DNA of 64,000 nt from Candidatus Aquidulcis sp. (GTDB taxonomy: Bacteria; Chloroflexota; Limnocylindria; Limnocylindrales; Limnocylindraceae). The notes beneath the pieces are model-generated. The model saw only the letters and a list, made by a program, of their open reading frames with translations. It searched no databases and was not told where the DNA came from. The stretch spans positions 4,279-68,278 of the forward strand of contig RGCW01000002.1 in NCBI GenBank assembly GCA_009919005.1, read 5' to 3'. Positions 9,329-19,224 of the stretch are shown one piece after another. The translations under genes and the position numbers were made by a program. How positions within the stretch are numbered: position 1 is the stretch's first letter; every line of letters begins with the position of its first letter.

Positions 9329-10542
9329 ACCCTTCCGAGGCGGCACGCCAAACGATACGACCCGAGATCCTCGCCGATCTCAGCGTCAGCCAGCTTGCGG
9401 CGCGGGTGCGCGACGTCGGAGCGGAGCCCTATCGGGTAACGCAGATCCTCGATGCCGCATGGCGCTCTACGGCGACGGACTGGAGCGGGGTGACAACGTT
9501 AGGGAGAGCACTGCAAGAGCGCCTCGCCAGCGAGCTCCGGTTTAGCGCGTTTGAGGCGGTTGAACGTCAGGAGGCTGAAGATGGGGCCACGACCAAACTC
9601 CTGCTCACCCTGTCGGATGGCGCCAAAGTTGAGGCTGTGTTGATGCGCTCTCCCGCCGATCCGCGACGAGGCTCTGGACCGCGAGCGACCGTGTGCGTCT
9701 CAAGTCAGGCGGGCTGCGCAGTCGGTTGTCCGTTTTGCGCCACGGGAGAACTCGGCTTTACGAGGAATCTCAGCTCGGGGGAGATCCAGGATCAGGTTCG
9801 AATCGCTCGGCAGATCCTGCGAAGCGAACAGCGGGAACTGACCAATGTTGTGTATATGGGAATGGGGGAGCCGCTGCAGAATATTGATGCTGTCTTTGCG
9901 TCGATTGATGGACTCACTGATCCCCTTCGAGGCGGCATCGGACAGCGACGCATCACGGTATCTACGAGCGGTGTAGTTCCTGGAATCGAGCGCCTCGCCC
10001 GTCAGCGCCCACAGATCACCCTGGCTGTGTCGCTACACGCAGCACGGAATCCATTACGGGATCTGCTCGTTCCACTCAACCGCAAGTGGCCGGTTGAGGC
10101 GGTGATCCGTGCTGCCCATGCCCACGCGCGTGCCACCGGACGACGAACCACCTATGAAGTAACCATGATTGATGGGATCAATGACCGCGCCGAGGATTCG
10201 GCCGCTTTAGCGGAACTCCTGGCAGGGAGCGGCGCCCACGTGAACCTGATTCCGATGAATGCTGTGGCCCACACACCGTGGCATGAGTCGCGTCCGGAGC
10301 GGATCGAGCAGATCGCAAATGAGCTTCGTTCGGCAGGTTTGACCGTGACAGTTCGGCGGAATCGTGGTCGAGAGGCGGGTGCCGCGTGCGGTCAACTCGC
10401 CGCAGAGCGGGCAGGTGAGCCAACTCCCGTTGCCGTAGCTCGTCGGCGGGAGCTGCTCGTTGCAGCTAGTGCGGCGGCGTTGCAGGGGAGGCGCACCGCT
10501 CAGCCCATCGCCCCAGCGGGACCTTTGAGGGGTGACGCGTGA
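9325..10542 (+). CDS. rlmN: 23S rRNA/tRNA m2A radical-SAM methyltransferase
   Basis: Radical-SAM cluster CAVGCPFC, conserved C-terminal Cys (GAACGQL), and family-typical length. Confidence 0.9.
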   Translation: MNPSEAARQTIRPEILADLSVSQLAARVRDVGAEPYRVTQILDAAWRSTATDWSGVTTLGRALQERLASELRFSAFEAVERQEAEDGATTKLLLTLSDGAKVEAVLMRSPADPRRGSGPRATVCVSSQAGCAVGCPFCATGELGFTRNLSSGEIQDQVRIARQILRSEQRELTNVVYMGMGEPLQNIDAVFASIDGLTDPLRGGIGQRRITVSTSGVVPGIERLARQRPQITLAVSLHAARNPLRDLLVPLNRKWPVEAVIRAAHAHARATGRRTTYEVTMIDGINDRAEDSAALAELLAGSGAHVNLIPMNAVAHTPWHESRPERIEQIANELRSAGLTVTVRRNRGREAGAACGQLAAERAGEPTPVAVARRRELLVAASAAALQGRRTAQPIAPAGPLRGDA

Positions 10543-11219
10543 CCGCAGGTCGTGTGGAGATCGCCGCCAGCATTTTGAACGCGGATCTTGGTGCGCTGCG
10601 GGAGGCGGTACTTGCTGCCGAATCAGCTGGCGTCGATCGCATCCACCTCGACATCATGGACGGCCAGTTTGTTCCTAACCTCACTTTCGGGTTGGCGACG
10701 GTGGAAGTCCTACGTGCTGCTACGGCTCTTCCGTTTGATGCGCACCTCATGATGCTTTCGCCAGGCCGCTGGGCAACCCGTTTTGTGGAAGCCGGGTGCG
10801 AGTCGGTCGCGATTCATGTGGAGGCGCCCGACCAGCATCGTCAGATCCTGGACGCAATCCGCGATAGTGGGGGTCGAGCTGGCGTCGCACTCGACCCTGA
10901 AACTCCCATCGAGGCGCTCGCCCCGTTCCGTTCGCAACTGGATTTCGTATTGGTCATGACTGTGAAGTCTGGATTTGGTGGACAGGCTTACCGGCCGGAG
11001 GCTGCCTCTCGGATTGCTGCGATCCGTGATGTCGTTGGCAATGCAGATGGAGATTCGCTCCGTGTGCATGTTGATGGCGGCATCAACGCTGGAACTGCGC
11101 CGCACGCAACCGGACACGGCGCCAATCTACTCGTGGTCGGCAGCGCCCTGTTCTCTGGGGGCAACCCAGCGCAGATGGCGGAGGCGGTGCGGGTGATTCG
11201 GGAGTCGACTTCCCCCTAA
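10539..11219 (+). CDS. rpe: ribulose-phosphate 3-epimerase
   Basis: HLDIMDGQFVPN and MTVKSGFGGQ motifs; 226 aa. Confidence 0.9.
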   Translation: MTAGRVEIAASILNADLGALREAVLAAESAGVDRIHLDIMDGQFVPNLTFGLATVEVLRAATALPFDAHLMMLSPGRWATRFVEAGCESVAIHVEAPDQHRQILDAIRDSGGRAGVALDPETPIEALAPFRSQLDFVLVMTVKSGFGGQAYRPEAASRIAAIRDVVGNADGDSLRVHVDGGINAGTAPHATGHGANLLVVGSALFSGGNPAQMAEAVRVIRESTSP

Positions 11220-11232
11220 GGTGAGGTCGGAA

Positions 11233-11427
11233 TCAGGCGCCCTTGCTCGCGGTTCGTCGACAGCGGGTGCAGACGAGGACGCGCTTTGTTGTGGTGCCCA
11301 CAGCAACAACGGTCGGCTGAAGGTTGGCGCGGAAGCGCCGATGGGCGCGGACGCGGTTCATCCCAACAGACTGGGGATTGAATCCCGCGATTGAGTCCTT
11401 ACCGCAGAGGGTGCAGAAGCGTGCCAT
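11233..11427 (-). CDS. rpmB: 50S ribosomal protein L28
   Basis: 64 aa, MARFCTLCGK...CTRC, the zinc-ribbon form of L28. AAGGAG lies upstream on the minus strand. Confidence 0.9.
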   Translation of the reverse strand: MARFCTLCGKDSIAGFNPQSVGMNRVRAHRRFRANLQPTVVAVGTTTKRVLVCTRCRRTASKGA

Positions 11428-11585
11428 GTCAACTCTCCTTGTGTGGTGGACGGCCTAGGGGGGCACGCCCGTCGTCGGTGTCGTATCGTAGCAGGTGTGT
11501 CCGACGCCTCGCCAAGGCTCGGGAATAGGGAGGGCTACATGGCTGGAGCTGCTCAGATCAGACGGGGCTCAGGGAGCACGCGTTT

Positions 11586-13286
11586 GTGAGCCGAAAGAGC
11601 TGGGATGGCGTTGAACTGATGGCCGCCCTGCGATCGGGGCTGAACCGCCTCGAAAGTCGAGTGGATGCGGTCAATGCGCTCAACGTCTTCCCCGTGCCTG
11701 ATGGGGACACGGGTACGAATATGCTGGCCACGCTCAAGGCGGCCATCGCCGAAGGAGAGGCTTCGCTGGCCACCGGGGTCACTTCGATCGATGAGGTGAG
11801 CGCTGCGGTCGCACGCGGTGCGCTCCTTGGGGCTCGTGGAAATTCGGGGGTCCTGCTCTCCCAAATCCTTCGTGGGTTGCCACATGCCGTCCGGGGACGT
11901 CAGCGAGCTCGAGCCCAAGAGATTGCCCAAGCCCTCTCCATGGGCGTCCTCCACGCCTACTCTGCAGTGGCGACCCCAACGGAGGGAACCATCCTGACTG
12001 TTGCTCGAGAAGTCGCTGCTGCGGCGATGAAGGAGTCTGAATCTGCGGCGGAGCTTCGCCCCTTCCTCGAAAGTATCGCTGTCACCGCTCGCAGCTCCGT
12101 CGAAAAAACACCAACGCTCCTCGCGGTTCTGCGCGAAGCGGGGGTGGTCGACTCGGGCGGAGCAGGATTGCAATTGATCCTAGAAGGGATCGCCGACGTT
12201 CCATCCGTTGCGCCATCGCGAGGCGCCGACGAGGCGGAACGACAGCGTCCCGATGCAAAACCTCCCCAACTCGTGGCGGCTCAATCTGTTGCTGCTGCGA
12301 CCGACTCAGCACCGACGGAATTTGGTTATGAAACGGTCTTCATCCTCACGTCGCCCAAGCAACCACTCGACCTAGCCGCGATTCGTGCGCATCTGGAGAC
12401 TATCGGGGAGAGCGTCCTCGTCGCTGGGGATGAGGCAACGTGCAAGGTGCATGTGCACAACCAGCGTCCAGATGAGGTGCTTGCGTACGGGATTAGTTTG
12501 GGTGACGTCCGAGCGGTCACCATCGAAAACCTTGACCAGCAGAGCGCCGAGCGTGCCACAGGTCACGTGGCATTCAACCAGTTGGCCGATGGACCGCTCG
12601 CAGCCGCCGCTCGCCCCGTAGTCGCCTCACTTGGACGCGGCACCTCCATTGTTGCCATTGCGGCCGGCCCAGGACTTGGTGAAATCCTTCGATCGGCGGG
12701 CGCCTCGCAGATCGTCCATGGGGGTCAGACTGAGAACCCTTCAGCAGCCGAAATCGCATCGGCGATCGCACACGCTGGCACGGAGTTCGTCGTCGTCCTA
12801 CCGAACAACGGCAACATCGTGTTGGCTGCTCGCCAAGCGGCCGACCTCTCCTCCGCGCATGTTGTCGTAGTTCCAACCCGCAACGCAGCCGAAGGGATCG
12901 CTGCACTTCTGGCGTGGGATCCATCACTCTCTCTTGAAGAGCTTGTGCCGCGCATGGAGGCGGCGCGAGCAGCGGCACGTACGTTCCGAGTTGTTGAAGC
13001 GGTTCGAGACGCGGTGGTCCGGGGGGTCGCGGTTAAGGCAGGGCAAATCATGGCACTCGACCCTGTGGACGGAATCATTGCCACGGGTGGCACCGATGTG
13101 GAGGCGATCACCGCCGCCCTAATCCGAGAGTCTGCGGAACTCATCACCCTGTATGTTGGGGCTGAGGTGTCTGATGAACAGGCTCAGGAGTTTGTTCACG
13201 CGGCGCGAGCGGCAGTCTCTGGAGCAGAGGTAGAGCTGCAGCGTGGCGGCCAGCCGATTGAACGGGTGCTCGTGAGTCTGGAGTGA
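11586..13286 (+). CDS. DAK2-domain fusion protein (YloV family)
   Basis: DhaL/DAK2-like N-terminus (LNVFPVPDGDTGTNM) plus a YloV-type C-terminal half. Sits in the conserved position between rpmB and recG. Confidence 0.85.
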   Translation: MSRKSWDGVELMAALRSGLNRLESRVDAVNALNVFPVPDGDTGTNMLATLKAAIAEGEASLATGVTSIDEVSAAVARGALLGARGNSGVLLSQILRGLPHAVRGRQRARAQEIAQALSMGVLHAYSAVATPTEGTILTVAREVAAAAMKESESAAELRPFLESIAVTARSSVEKTPTLLAVLREAGVVDSGGAGLQLILEGIADVPSVAPSRGADEAERQRPDAKPPQLVAAQSVAAATDSAPTEFGYETVFILTSPKQPLDLAAIRAHLETIGESVLVAGDEATCKVHVHNQRPDEVLAYGISLGDVRAVTIENLDQQSAERATGHVAFNQLADGPLAAAARPVVASLGRGTSIVAIAAGPGLGEILRSAGASQIVHGGQTENPSAAEIASAIAHAGTEFVVVLPNNGNIVLAARQAADLSSAHVVVVPTRNAAEGIAALLAWDPSLSLEELVPRMEAARAAARTFRVVEAVRDAVVRGVAVKAGQIMALDPVDGIIATGGTDVEAITAALIRESAELITLYVGAEVSDEQAQEFVHAARAAVSGAEVELQRGGQPIERVLVSLE

Positions 13287-15460
13287 CCGCAGACCCGGGC
13301 GAACTCCCGCTCAAAGGCCTCACGCTCCCTGGTGGATCAAGTTTGGTCCGAGGCCTGGCCAAGCTTGGTGTGACCACAGTCGCGGACTTGCTGACGTACC
13401 TCCCGCGTCGCTATGAAGACCGGCGCGAGATCACCGCGATCGCCAACGTTATTGGGGGGAGAAGCGCCACGATCTCCGCTCGCGTCACCGATGTGCGCGT
13501 GGAGAAGACCTGGCGTCGCGGAGTTCAGCGCACCATTGCGACACTCGTTGACGAATCAGGGGCAATCGATGCCGTCTGGTATGGACGTCGTTTCATCGAA
13601 CGGCGGCTCAGAGTTGGTACCTCCATCGTGGCAACTGGTCGGGTCAAGGCCATCGGATGGACGTCGCACCTTGAGGCGCCAGATTTCAGCACGGTCGGGG
13701 AGGGTGATCAGGTCAGCGCAGGTCGAATCGTTCCTATCTATCGTTTGACACGCGGCGTCACCGCGTTGAGTTTGCGCCGCGCGGTCCGTTCACTCCTCGA
13801 CACCTATGGATCACAACTGACAGACCCCATGCCTAGCGAGATGCTGTCTCGACTCGGACTGATGCCTCTAGCGCGTGCGATAGAGGCGTTGCATTGGCCA
13901 GAAGAGTTTGATCTCCGAGATGCGGCACTACGTCGACTGGCGTTCGATGAACTCCTCGCCGTACAGCTTGCCCTCGTGCATCGGGCCCGTCGTCGGGGCA
14001 AGGAGGGGGGCATCTCAATCACGCCAACGGAGGCACAGCGAGATCACATTGAGGGAGTGATTCTGCACGGCATTGGCGGCGCAGGCTCTGAAACCACGCA
14101 CCCGTGGACGAGTGATCAGCGGCGTGCAATCAGCGAGATCCTCGCCGATCTGACGAAAAGCGCGCCGATGCTGCGACTCTTGCAGGGAGACGTTGGAACA
14201 GGGAAAACGGCGGTCGCGCTCGTGGCCGCCGCCGCGACGGCGCTCGCTGGGCACCAGGCCGCACTTCTTGCGCCGACAGAACTGCTGGCACGCCAGCACG
14301 CAGCAACTGCACAACGGCTACTCGCGCCACTCGGCATCAATGTGGCACTGGTCCTCGGGAGCGCATCAGCCGCAGAGCGCCGTGCGGCGCGAGCGGCAGC
14401 CGCGGAGGGTGGCGCTGCAGTGGTGATTGGAACGCACGCCCTCTTTGCTGAGGGTACGAATTTCGCCTCTCTGGCGCTGGTGATAGTGGACGAACAGCAT
14501 CGATTTGGCGTAGAGGAGCGCGCCAAACTTCTCTCCAAGGCGGCGCGGGAGCCGCACCTTCTTCTGATGACTGCGACACCGATTCCCCGGACAATCGCGC
14601 AGCTCCTCTATGCCGACGTGGCCTCATCGGAGCTCCGCCTCCTTCCAGCCGGACGACAGCCTATTCGCACGGCCATTCGCTCAAGCGCCGACCTTGAGAA
14701 GGTCTGGAACTTCGTGGATGACGAGGCACGCGCCGGACGGCAAACCTTCGTTGTGGTGCCGCGCATCGCTGATGCGGAAGAGGCTGGCGAGGATCCGCAG
14801 GTGGGGATATTCGCCGATTCAGGGGAGTCGAACCCGGAGGTCGGCGTCGAGGCGCAAGCTGAACAACTGCGTCAGCGCCTCCCTCATCGACGTATTGGGA
14901 TTGTCCACGGGCAACAGCCCGTGTCAGAGCGGATTGAGGCAATGCAGTCCTTCGTTTCAGGTGCCACCGAGATCCTCGTCGGCACGACGGTGGTCGAGGT
15001 TGGTGTCGATGTTCCAACCGCGAGCGTGATGGTGATCATCGAGGCAGAGCGATTCGGTCTGGCAACGTTGCACCAGCTCCGTGGTCGGGTGGGGCGTGGA
15101 GCCGACAAAGGGTGGTGCATTCTTGTCAGCGATAGCGACGATGAAGTTGCTCGTGCGCGCTTGGCGGCGATCGAATCTACGCGCGATGGATTCGCGCTCG
15201 CAGAGCAAGATATCGCCCTGCGAGGTGAGGGGAGTGTCTTGGGTACGATGCAGAGTGGCCTTCCGCCCCTGCGGATCGCAACCCTCGCTCGCTCCGAAGA
15301 TCGTGCACTTGCCCTACTTGCGCGGGCTGAGGCGGAGCGGCTCCTTGATCGGACTGGCAGCGCGCAGGAGAGCGCAGCACATCTTGCGGAGGCGTACGCC
15401 CGAGGTTGGCCAATTGGACGCGCGACGGGCGCGGCGATTGCGGAGGGCGCCCCGGTATGA
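13283..15460 (+). CDS. recG: ATP-dependent DNA helicase RecG
   Basis: 725 aa with a wedge domain and helicase motifs GDVGTGKT and DEQHRFG. Confidence 0.9.
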   Translation: MTADPGELPLKGLTLPGGSSLVRGLAKLGVTTVADLLTYLPRRYEDRREITAIANVIGGRSATISARVTDVRVEKTWRRGVQRTIATLVDESGAIDAVWYGRRFIERRLRVGTSIVATGRVKAIGWTSHLEAPDFSTVGEGDQVSAGRIVPIYRLTRGVTALSLRRAVRSLLDTYGSQLTDPMPSEMLSRLGLMPLARAIEALHWPEEFDLRDAALRRLAFDELLAVQLALVHRARRRGKEGGISITPTEAQRDHIEGVILHGIGGAGSETTHPWTSDQRRAISEILADLTKSAPMLRLLQGDVGTGKTAVALVAAAATALAGHQAALLAPTELLARQHAATAQRLLAPLGINVALVLGSASAAERRAARAAAAEGGAAVVIGTHALFAEGTNFASLALVIVDEQHRFGVEERAKLLSKAAREPHLLLMTATPIPRTIAQLLYADVASSELRLLPAGRQPIRTAIRSSADLEKVWNFVDDEARAGRQTFVVVPRIADAEEAGEDPQVGIFADSGESNPEVGVEAQAEQLRQRLPHRRIGIVHGQQPVSERIEAMQSFVSGATEILVGTTVVEVGVDVPTASVMVIIEAERFGLATLHQLRGRVGRGADKGWCILVSDSDDEVARARLAAIESTRDGFALAEQDIALRGEGSVLGTMQSGLPPLRIATLARSEDRALALLARAEAERLLDRTGSAQESAAHLAEAYARGWPIGRATGAAIAEGAPV

Positions 15461-16059
15461 ATCTGAAGGGCGGGACGCTCCGAATCATTGCGGGAGAGTT
15501 TCGCGGAAGGCGTATTGCTGTCCCATCGCATGGAACGCGTCCAATGGCCGATCGGGTTCGCGAGTCCCTCTTCGCCGTACTTGAACCACGGATCGCAGGG
15601 GCTCACGTTGCTGATCTCTGTGCTGGGAGTGGCGCGGTCGGCATTGAAGCCCTGAGTCGTGGAGCTGCGCGCGCCACGTTCTTTGAGCAAGCTCGCGATG
15701 CGATCACAGTGATTCACGCCAACCTCGCTGCACTTCAACTTGAAGCGCGATCAATCGTTATCGGGGACGACGTGATCTCCGCGCTTGACCGCACCTCGGC
15801 ACCCTTTGATCTCATCGTGGCGGATCCACCATATGAGGATCGTTCGCTGGCGGAGCGGATTATGGATCGATGCGCGACGGGCGGCGGACCGTTAGCGGAG
15901 AGCGGTTTACTCGCGCTCACGGGACGAACACGCCCAGGCGGGCTTCCACGACCCCTCCCGGACGGACTACGATGGGTGCGCACGCTAACCTACGGTGATA
16001 GTTCGGTTGATTTGTTGGCGCGCGGCGCGTCAGTTGAAGCGGAGGCAGAGCATGAGTGA
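15457..16059 (+). CDS. rsmD: 16S rRNA (guanine966-N2)-methyltransferase
   Basis: SAM site DLCAGSGAVGIEALSRGA and DPPY motif. Start chosen at ATG 15457 (ATGA overlap with recG) rather than the ORF-track 15406. Confidence 0.85.
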   Translation: MNLKGGTLRIIAGEFRGRRIAVPSHGTRPMADRVRESLFAVLEPRIAGAHVADLCAGSGAVGIEALSRGAARATFFEQARDAITVIHANLAALQLEARSIVIGDDVISALDRTSAPFDLIVADPPYEDRSLAERIMDRCATGGGPLAESGLLALTGRTRPGGLPRPLPDGLRWVRTLTYGDSSVDLLARGASVEAEAEHE

Positions 16060-16567
16060 ACGGGTTGCCCTCTATCCAGGTAGCTTTGATCCGGTCACAT
16101 TCGGACACCTTGATCTGATTCGCCGAAGTCTCTCAATCGCAGATCGTGTGGTGGTGGCGATCTTGCCGAACTCTGGCAAGGAGGCTCTCCTGACCTTGGA
16201 TGAGCGTGCCACACTGCTACGAGAGGTGATCACCTCTGAGTTGGGTGATCTCGGAAGTCGCATTGAGATTCGCTCCGCATCAAACTTGGCAGTGCGGGTC
16301 GCCTCTGAGTCGGGAGCGACGCTGTTGATCCGCGGGCTTCGTGCGGGTTCCGATTTCGAGGCAGAGCTCCGGATGGCGCACGCAAACCGACTCCTTGCCC
16401 CAGAGATTGAGACCATCTTCCTGATGACGGCCCCCGAACACGCCTCAACGTCGAGTCGATTGGTTCGTGAGGTTGCTCGGTATGGTGGCCCACTTGACCG
16501 CCTGGTGCCAGCGGCCGTGGTCCCGGTGCTCACCACCGCTGCGCGTCGTCGAGCGCCCGGAGCGTAG
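16052..16567 (+). CDS. coaD: phosphopantetheine adenylyltransferase
   Basis: YPGSFDPVTFGHLD motif; 171 aa from ATG 16052. Confidence 0.9.
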   Translation: MSERVALYPGSFDPVTFGHLDLIRRSLSIADRVVVAILPNSGKEALLTLDERATLLREVITSELGDLGSRIEIRSASNLAVRVASESGATLLIRGLRAGSDFEAELRMAHANRLLAPEIETIFLMTAPEHASTSSRLVREVARYGGPLDRLVPAAVVPVLTTAARRRAPGA

Positions 16568-16570
16568 GTC

Positions 16571-17110
16571 GTGGAGGACGATGCGGCGATATCACGGCCG
16601 CCCGTCTTCGTCGTTGATCTTTCACCGATCCTCGCCGAATCGGTTGGAGGCACATTCTCCCTAGCTCCGTTTGAGGTCGAGGAACTCATTGACGGCGAAT
16701 CCTTTCACGGTGTTGGCCACCTGCGCATCGATCGCACGAACCGTGGCGTACGCATTGTGGGAGTCGTTGATGGACGCCAGGTGGGCGCCTGTGGACGCTG
16801 TTTGGCCGCAACGACAGCGCCCCTTGAGGCCGCTATCGACGAGGAGGCACTGGAGTCCAATCGAGCAGGTGAGGGCGCGCTCCTGATTGGCAAGGGGAAC
16901 AGCATCGATATCGGCCGCCTCGCTCTTGAAGCGCTCGACCTTGCTCGCCACCTGGTCTTGTCATGCACGCCGCCCTGCCCCGAACGCTGCGGGCTCTGTG
17001 GCGGGGAGCACCCTGCGGATGCCTGCCCCGAGCGTAGCCTGGATCCTCGTTTGGCCGGTCTCGCATCCCTGCTCCCCCACGCGGGGGACGAGGAGGCGCC
17101 GATCGGGTAG
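16571..17110 (+). CDS. YceD/DUF177 family protein (23S rRNA accumulation factor-like)
   Basis: CGRCL and C-terminal Cys cluster plus DPRLAGL motif. Sits in the conserved position directly upstream of rpmF. Confidence 0.75.
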   Translation: MEDDAAISRPPVFVVDLSPILAESVGGTFSLAPFEVEELIDGESFHGVGHLRIDRTNRGVRIVGVVDGRQVGACGRCLAATTAPLEAAIDEEALESNRAGEGALLIGKGNSIDIGRLALEALDLARHLVLSCTPPCPERCGLCGGEHPADACPERSLDPRLAGLASLLPHAGDEEAPIG

Positions 17111-17123
17111 GATTCCCCTCCAA

Positions 17124-17143
17124 GGCGCGCCCAGTTGCGCGCC
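17124..17143 (+). other. GC hairpin in the yceD-rpmF spacer
   Basis: GGCGCGC-CCAGTT-GCGCGCC, a perfect 7-bp stem with no following T-tract. Confidence 0.5.
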
Positions 17144-17163
17144 AACGAGCGAGGGTCACAACC

Positions 17164-17367
17164 ATGGGCGTACCAAAGAGAAAGAAGTCACATGCACGTC
17201 AGGGCGACCGACGCGCCCATCATGCATTGACCCTACCCTCGATGGATCGTTGCCCTCAGTGCAACGCGGTTAAGCGCGCCCACCATGCCTGCCCTGAGTG
17301 CGGAACCTATCGCGGCCGTGAGGTCATCCGCCGACCTGCGCCGGACGCGGACGTCGCCGACGCGTAA
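17164..17367 (+). CDS. rpmF: 50S ribosomal protein L32
   Basis: MGVPKRKKSHARQ N-terminus with a CPQC...CPEC zinc ribbon. GAGGG RBS upstream. Confidence 0.9.
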   Translation: MGVPKRKKSHARQGDRRAHHALTLPSMDRCPQCNAVKRAHHACPECGTYRGREVIRRPAPDADVADA

Positions 17368-17373
17368 CGCGCG

Positions 17374-18420
17374 ATGAGCGTGTCGGACGGCACGGTCCGC
17401 CTCGCACTCGATGCGATGGGTGGTGATCACGGCGCATCTGAAGTAGTTCCCGGCGGACTTCGTTGGGCGCTCGAGAACCCCAATGACCATCTCACCCTTG
17501 TCGGCGACGAGCCAATCATTCGCGAGATCGCGGGGGGCACTCTTCCACAAAACGTTTCAATCGTTCACGGACCAGGCGTAATCACCATGGACGAGAATCC
17601 CGCCATAGCGGTTCGTGAACGCAAAGACGCCTCAATGGTGGTTGCCGCAACTCTCGTTCGCGACAACGTCGCGGACGCAGTGGTGACCGCTGGTCATACC
17701 GGCGCAGGAATGGCCGCCGGCGTGCTCATCATCGGTCGGATCAAGGGCGTGATACGACCAGCGATCGCCGTGCAGTTCCTGCTGCGAGAGAAGCCACTCC
17801 TCCTGCTCGATGTCGGCGCCAACCCAGATTCAACTCCTGAGAATCTCTATCAATACGCCCATATGGGCCAGATCTTCTCTGAGCGTGTCCTCGGTATCGC
17901 CGACCCACGGGTAGCCCTCCTGTCGATCGGGGAGGAGAAGGGGAAGGGAGACGTGCGCATCCAACGTGCCACCGAGCTCCTTGACCAATCCGCATTGAAT
18001 TTTATTGGCAACGTTGAGGGACGACACCTTGCTGCCGACGAAGCTGATGTTGTGGTGTGCGACGCCGTTCTCGGGAACGTTGCGATCAAGCTTGTTGAGG
18101 GGGTAACCACCACCATCACCGATATGTTTCGCACGGAGTTCCGCCGACTACCGTTTGGTCCGATCGCCGCGCTGTTGCTTCGCGGGTCGATTGCGCGGAT
18201 TCGAACGCAATTGGACTATGAACGCGTGGGTGCCGCGATCCTTCTGGGCGTCCAAGGAACAGTCGCGATTACCCATGGGCGCGCACGCTCGCGCATGGTG
18301 TATTACGCCTGTGCCACAGCAGCCCGTGCGGTTCGTGAACGCGTGACGGAGCAGATTGCCACCTCGCTAGCGCAGAACAAAATCGCCGCCCCAGATGGGC
18401 TCCCGATCGGGCCGGCATAA
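17374..18420 (+). CDS. plsX: phosphate acyltransferase PlsX
   Basis: LDAMGGDHG motif; 348 aa. Follows rpmF as in many bacteria. Confidence 0.9.
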   Translation: MSVSDGTVRLALDAMGGDHGASEVVPGGLRWALENPNDHLTLVGDEPIIREIAGGTLPQNVSIVHGPGVITMDENPAIAVRERKDASMVVAATLVRDNVADAVVTAGHTGAGMAAGVLIIGRIKGVIRPAIAVQFLLREKPLLLLDVGANPDSTPENLYQYAHMGQIFSERVLGIADPRVALLSIGEEKGKGDVRIQRATELLDQSALNFIGNVEGRHLAADEADVVVCDAVLGNVAIKLVEGVTTTITDMFRTEFRRLPFGPIAALLLRGSIARIRTQLDYERVGAAILLGVQGTVAITHGRARSRMVYYACATAARAVRERVTEQIATSLAQNKIAAPDGLPIGPA

Positions 18421-18421
18421 C

Positions 18422-18901
18422 GTGGCAGCCCCGGGAACGCCGGCGGCGCCGAAAGGCGCAGCGGCTCGTGCGCACACGGCGGGCCGGCGAGATGCGCTTA
18501 CCGCCCTCTACGAGTCGGATTTTGGACTCCGCACCGCACTTGCGGTCCTTGACCGCCGCATCGCCGCAGGTGACATCCCCGAAGAGACCCTGATCTGGTC
18601 GAGGCCGCTCCTGGAAGTCGTTGAGGGACATCGCCCGCAAATCGACGCCACCATTGAACGATTGGCCCCCGCTTTCCCGCTAGCGACAATGGCGAAAATT
18701 GACCGCTCCCTGCTGCGGTGCGGCCTTGGGGAGGTGATACACTCCCGCACGGCGGCGCCGATCGAGGCGATCGCTGCGTGGACGGCTCTCGCCCGCACGT
18801 ATAGCGGCGAACCTGCCCGCAAACTGGTCAACGGCGTACTCGGCACCGCGCTTCGCGAGGTTGCCGCCACGGCGGAGAGAGACGGAGGGAGTAACTCATG
18901 A
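18422..18901 (+). CDS. nusB: transcription antitermination factor NusB
   Basis: NusB pattern: R..AL.ALYE, ..[27 protein letters not shown].., and LVNGVLG. GTG 18422 lies just after the plsX stop. Confidence 0.75.
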   Translation: MAAPGTPAAPKGAAARAHTAGRRDALTALYESDFGLRTALAVLDRRIAAGDIPEETLIWSRPLLEVVEGHRPQIDATIERLAPAFPLATMAKIDRSLLRCGLGEVIHSRTAAPIEAIAAWTALARTYSGEPARKLVNGVLGTALREVAATAERDGGSNS

Positions 18902-19143
18902 GCGACAAGGATCAGATCTTCCAGGAGCTCCAGAGCTACATCGTTGAGCAGCTTGGTGTCGAGAAGGAGAAGGTGAAGCCGGAGGCCGCCTTCATTGAGG
19001 ACCTCAATGCGGACTCGCTCGACCTGGTTGAATTTGCGATGGGACTCGAAGAGAAGTTCGGCGTAACGATCGCCGATGAAGAGCTTGGCAAGATCAAGAC
19101 GGTGCAAGACGCCGTCGACGCAATCGTCGAGAAGAAGGGCTGA
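18898..19143 (+). CDS. acpP: acyl carrier protein
   Basis: 81 aa with the phosphopantetheine attachment motif [10 protein letters not shown]. Confidence 0.95.
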   Translation: MSDKDQIFQELQSYIVEQLGVEKEKVKPEAAFIEDLNADSLDLVEFAMGLEEKFGVTIADEELGKIKTVQDAVDAIVEKKG

Positions 19144-19149
19144 GGTGGG

Positions 19150-19165
19150 GCGGCCACGTGGCCGC
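19150..19165 (+). other. perfect 16-nt palindrome just after acpP
   Basis: GCGGCCACGTGGCCGC begins 7 nt after the acpP stop. No T-tract follows. Confidence 0.5.
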
Positions 19166-19224
19166 TGGAGCGGGGCGGTGGTCTTGCTCCGAGCGACGAG
19201 CGGGGCCACGCTCCACTCACCAGA

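Noticed and set aside
9795-9804. GGTTCGAATC, a tRNA T-loop-like string
   Set aside because: It lies inside the rlmN reading frame. The flanking sequence does not form a T-stem or a cloverleaf.
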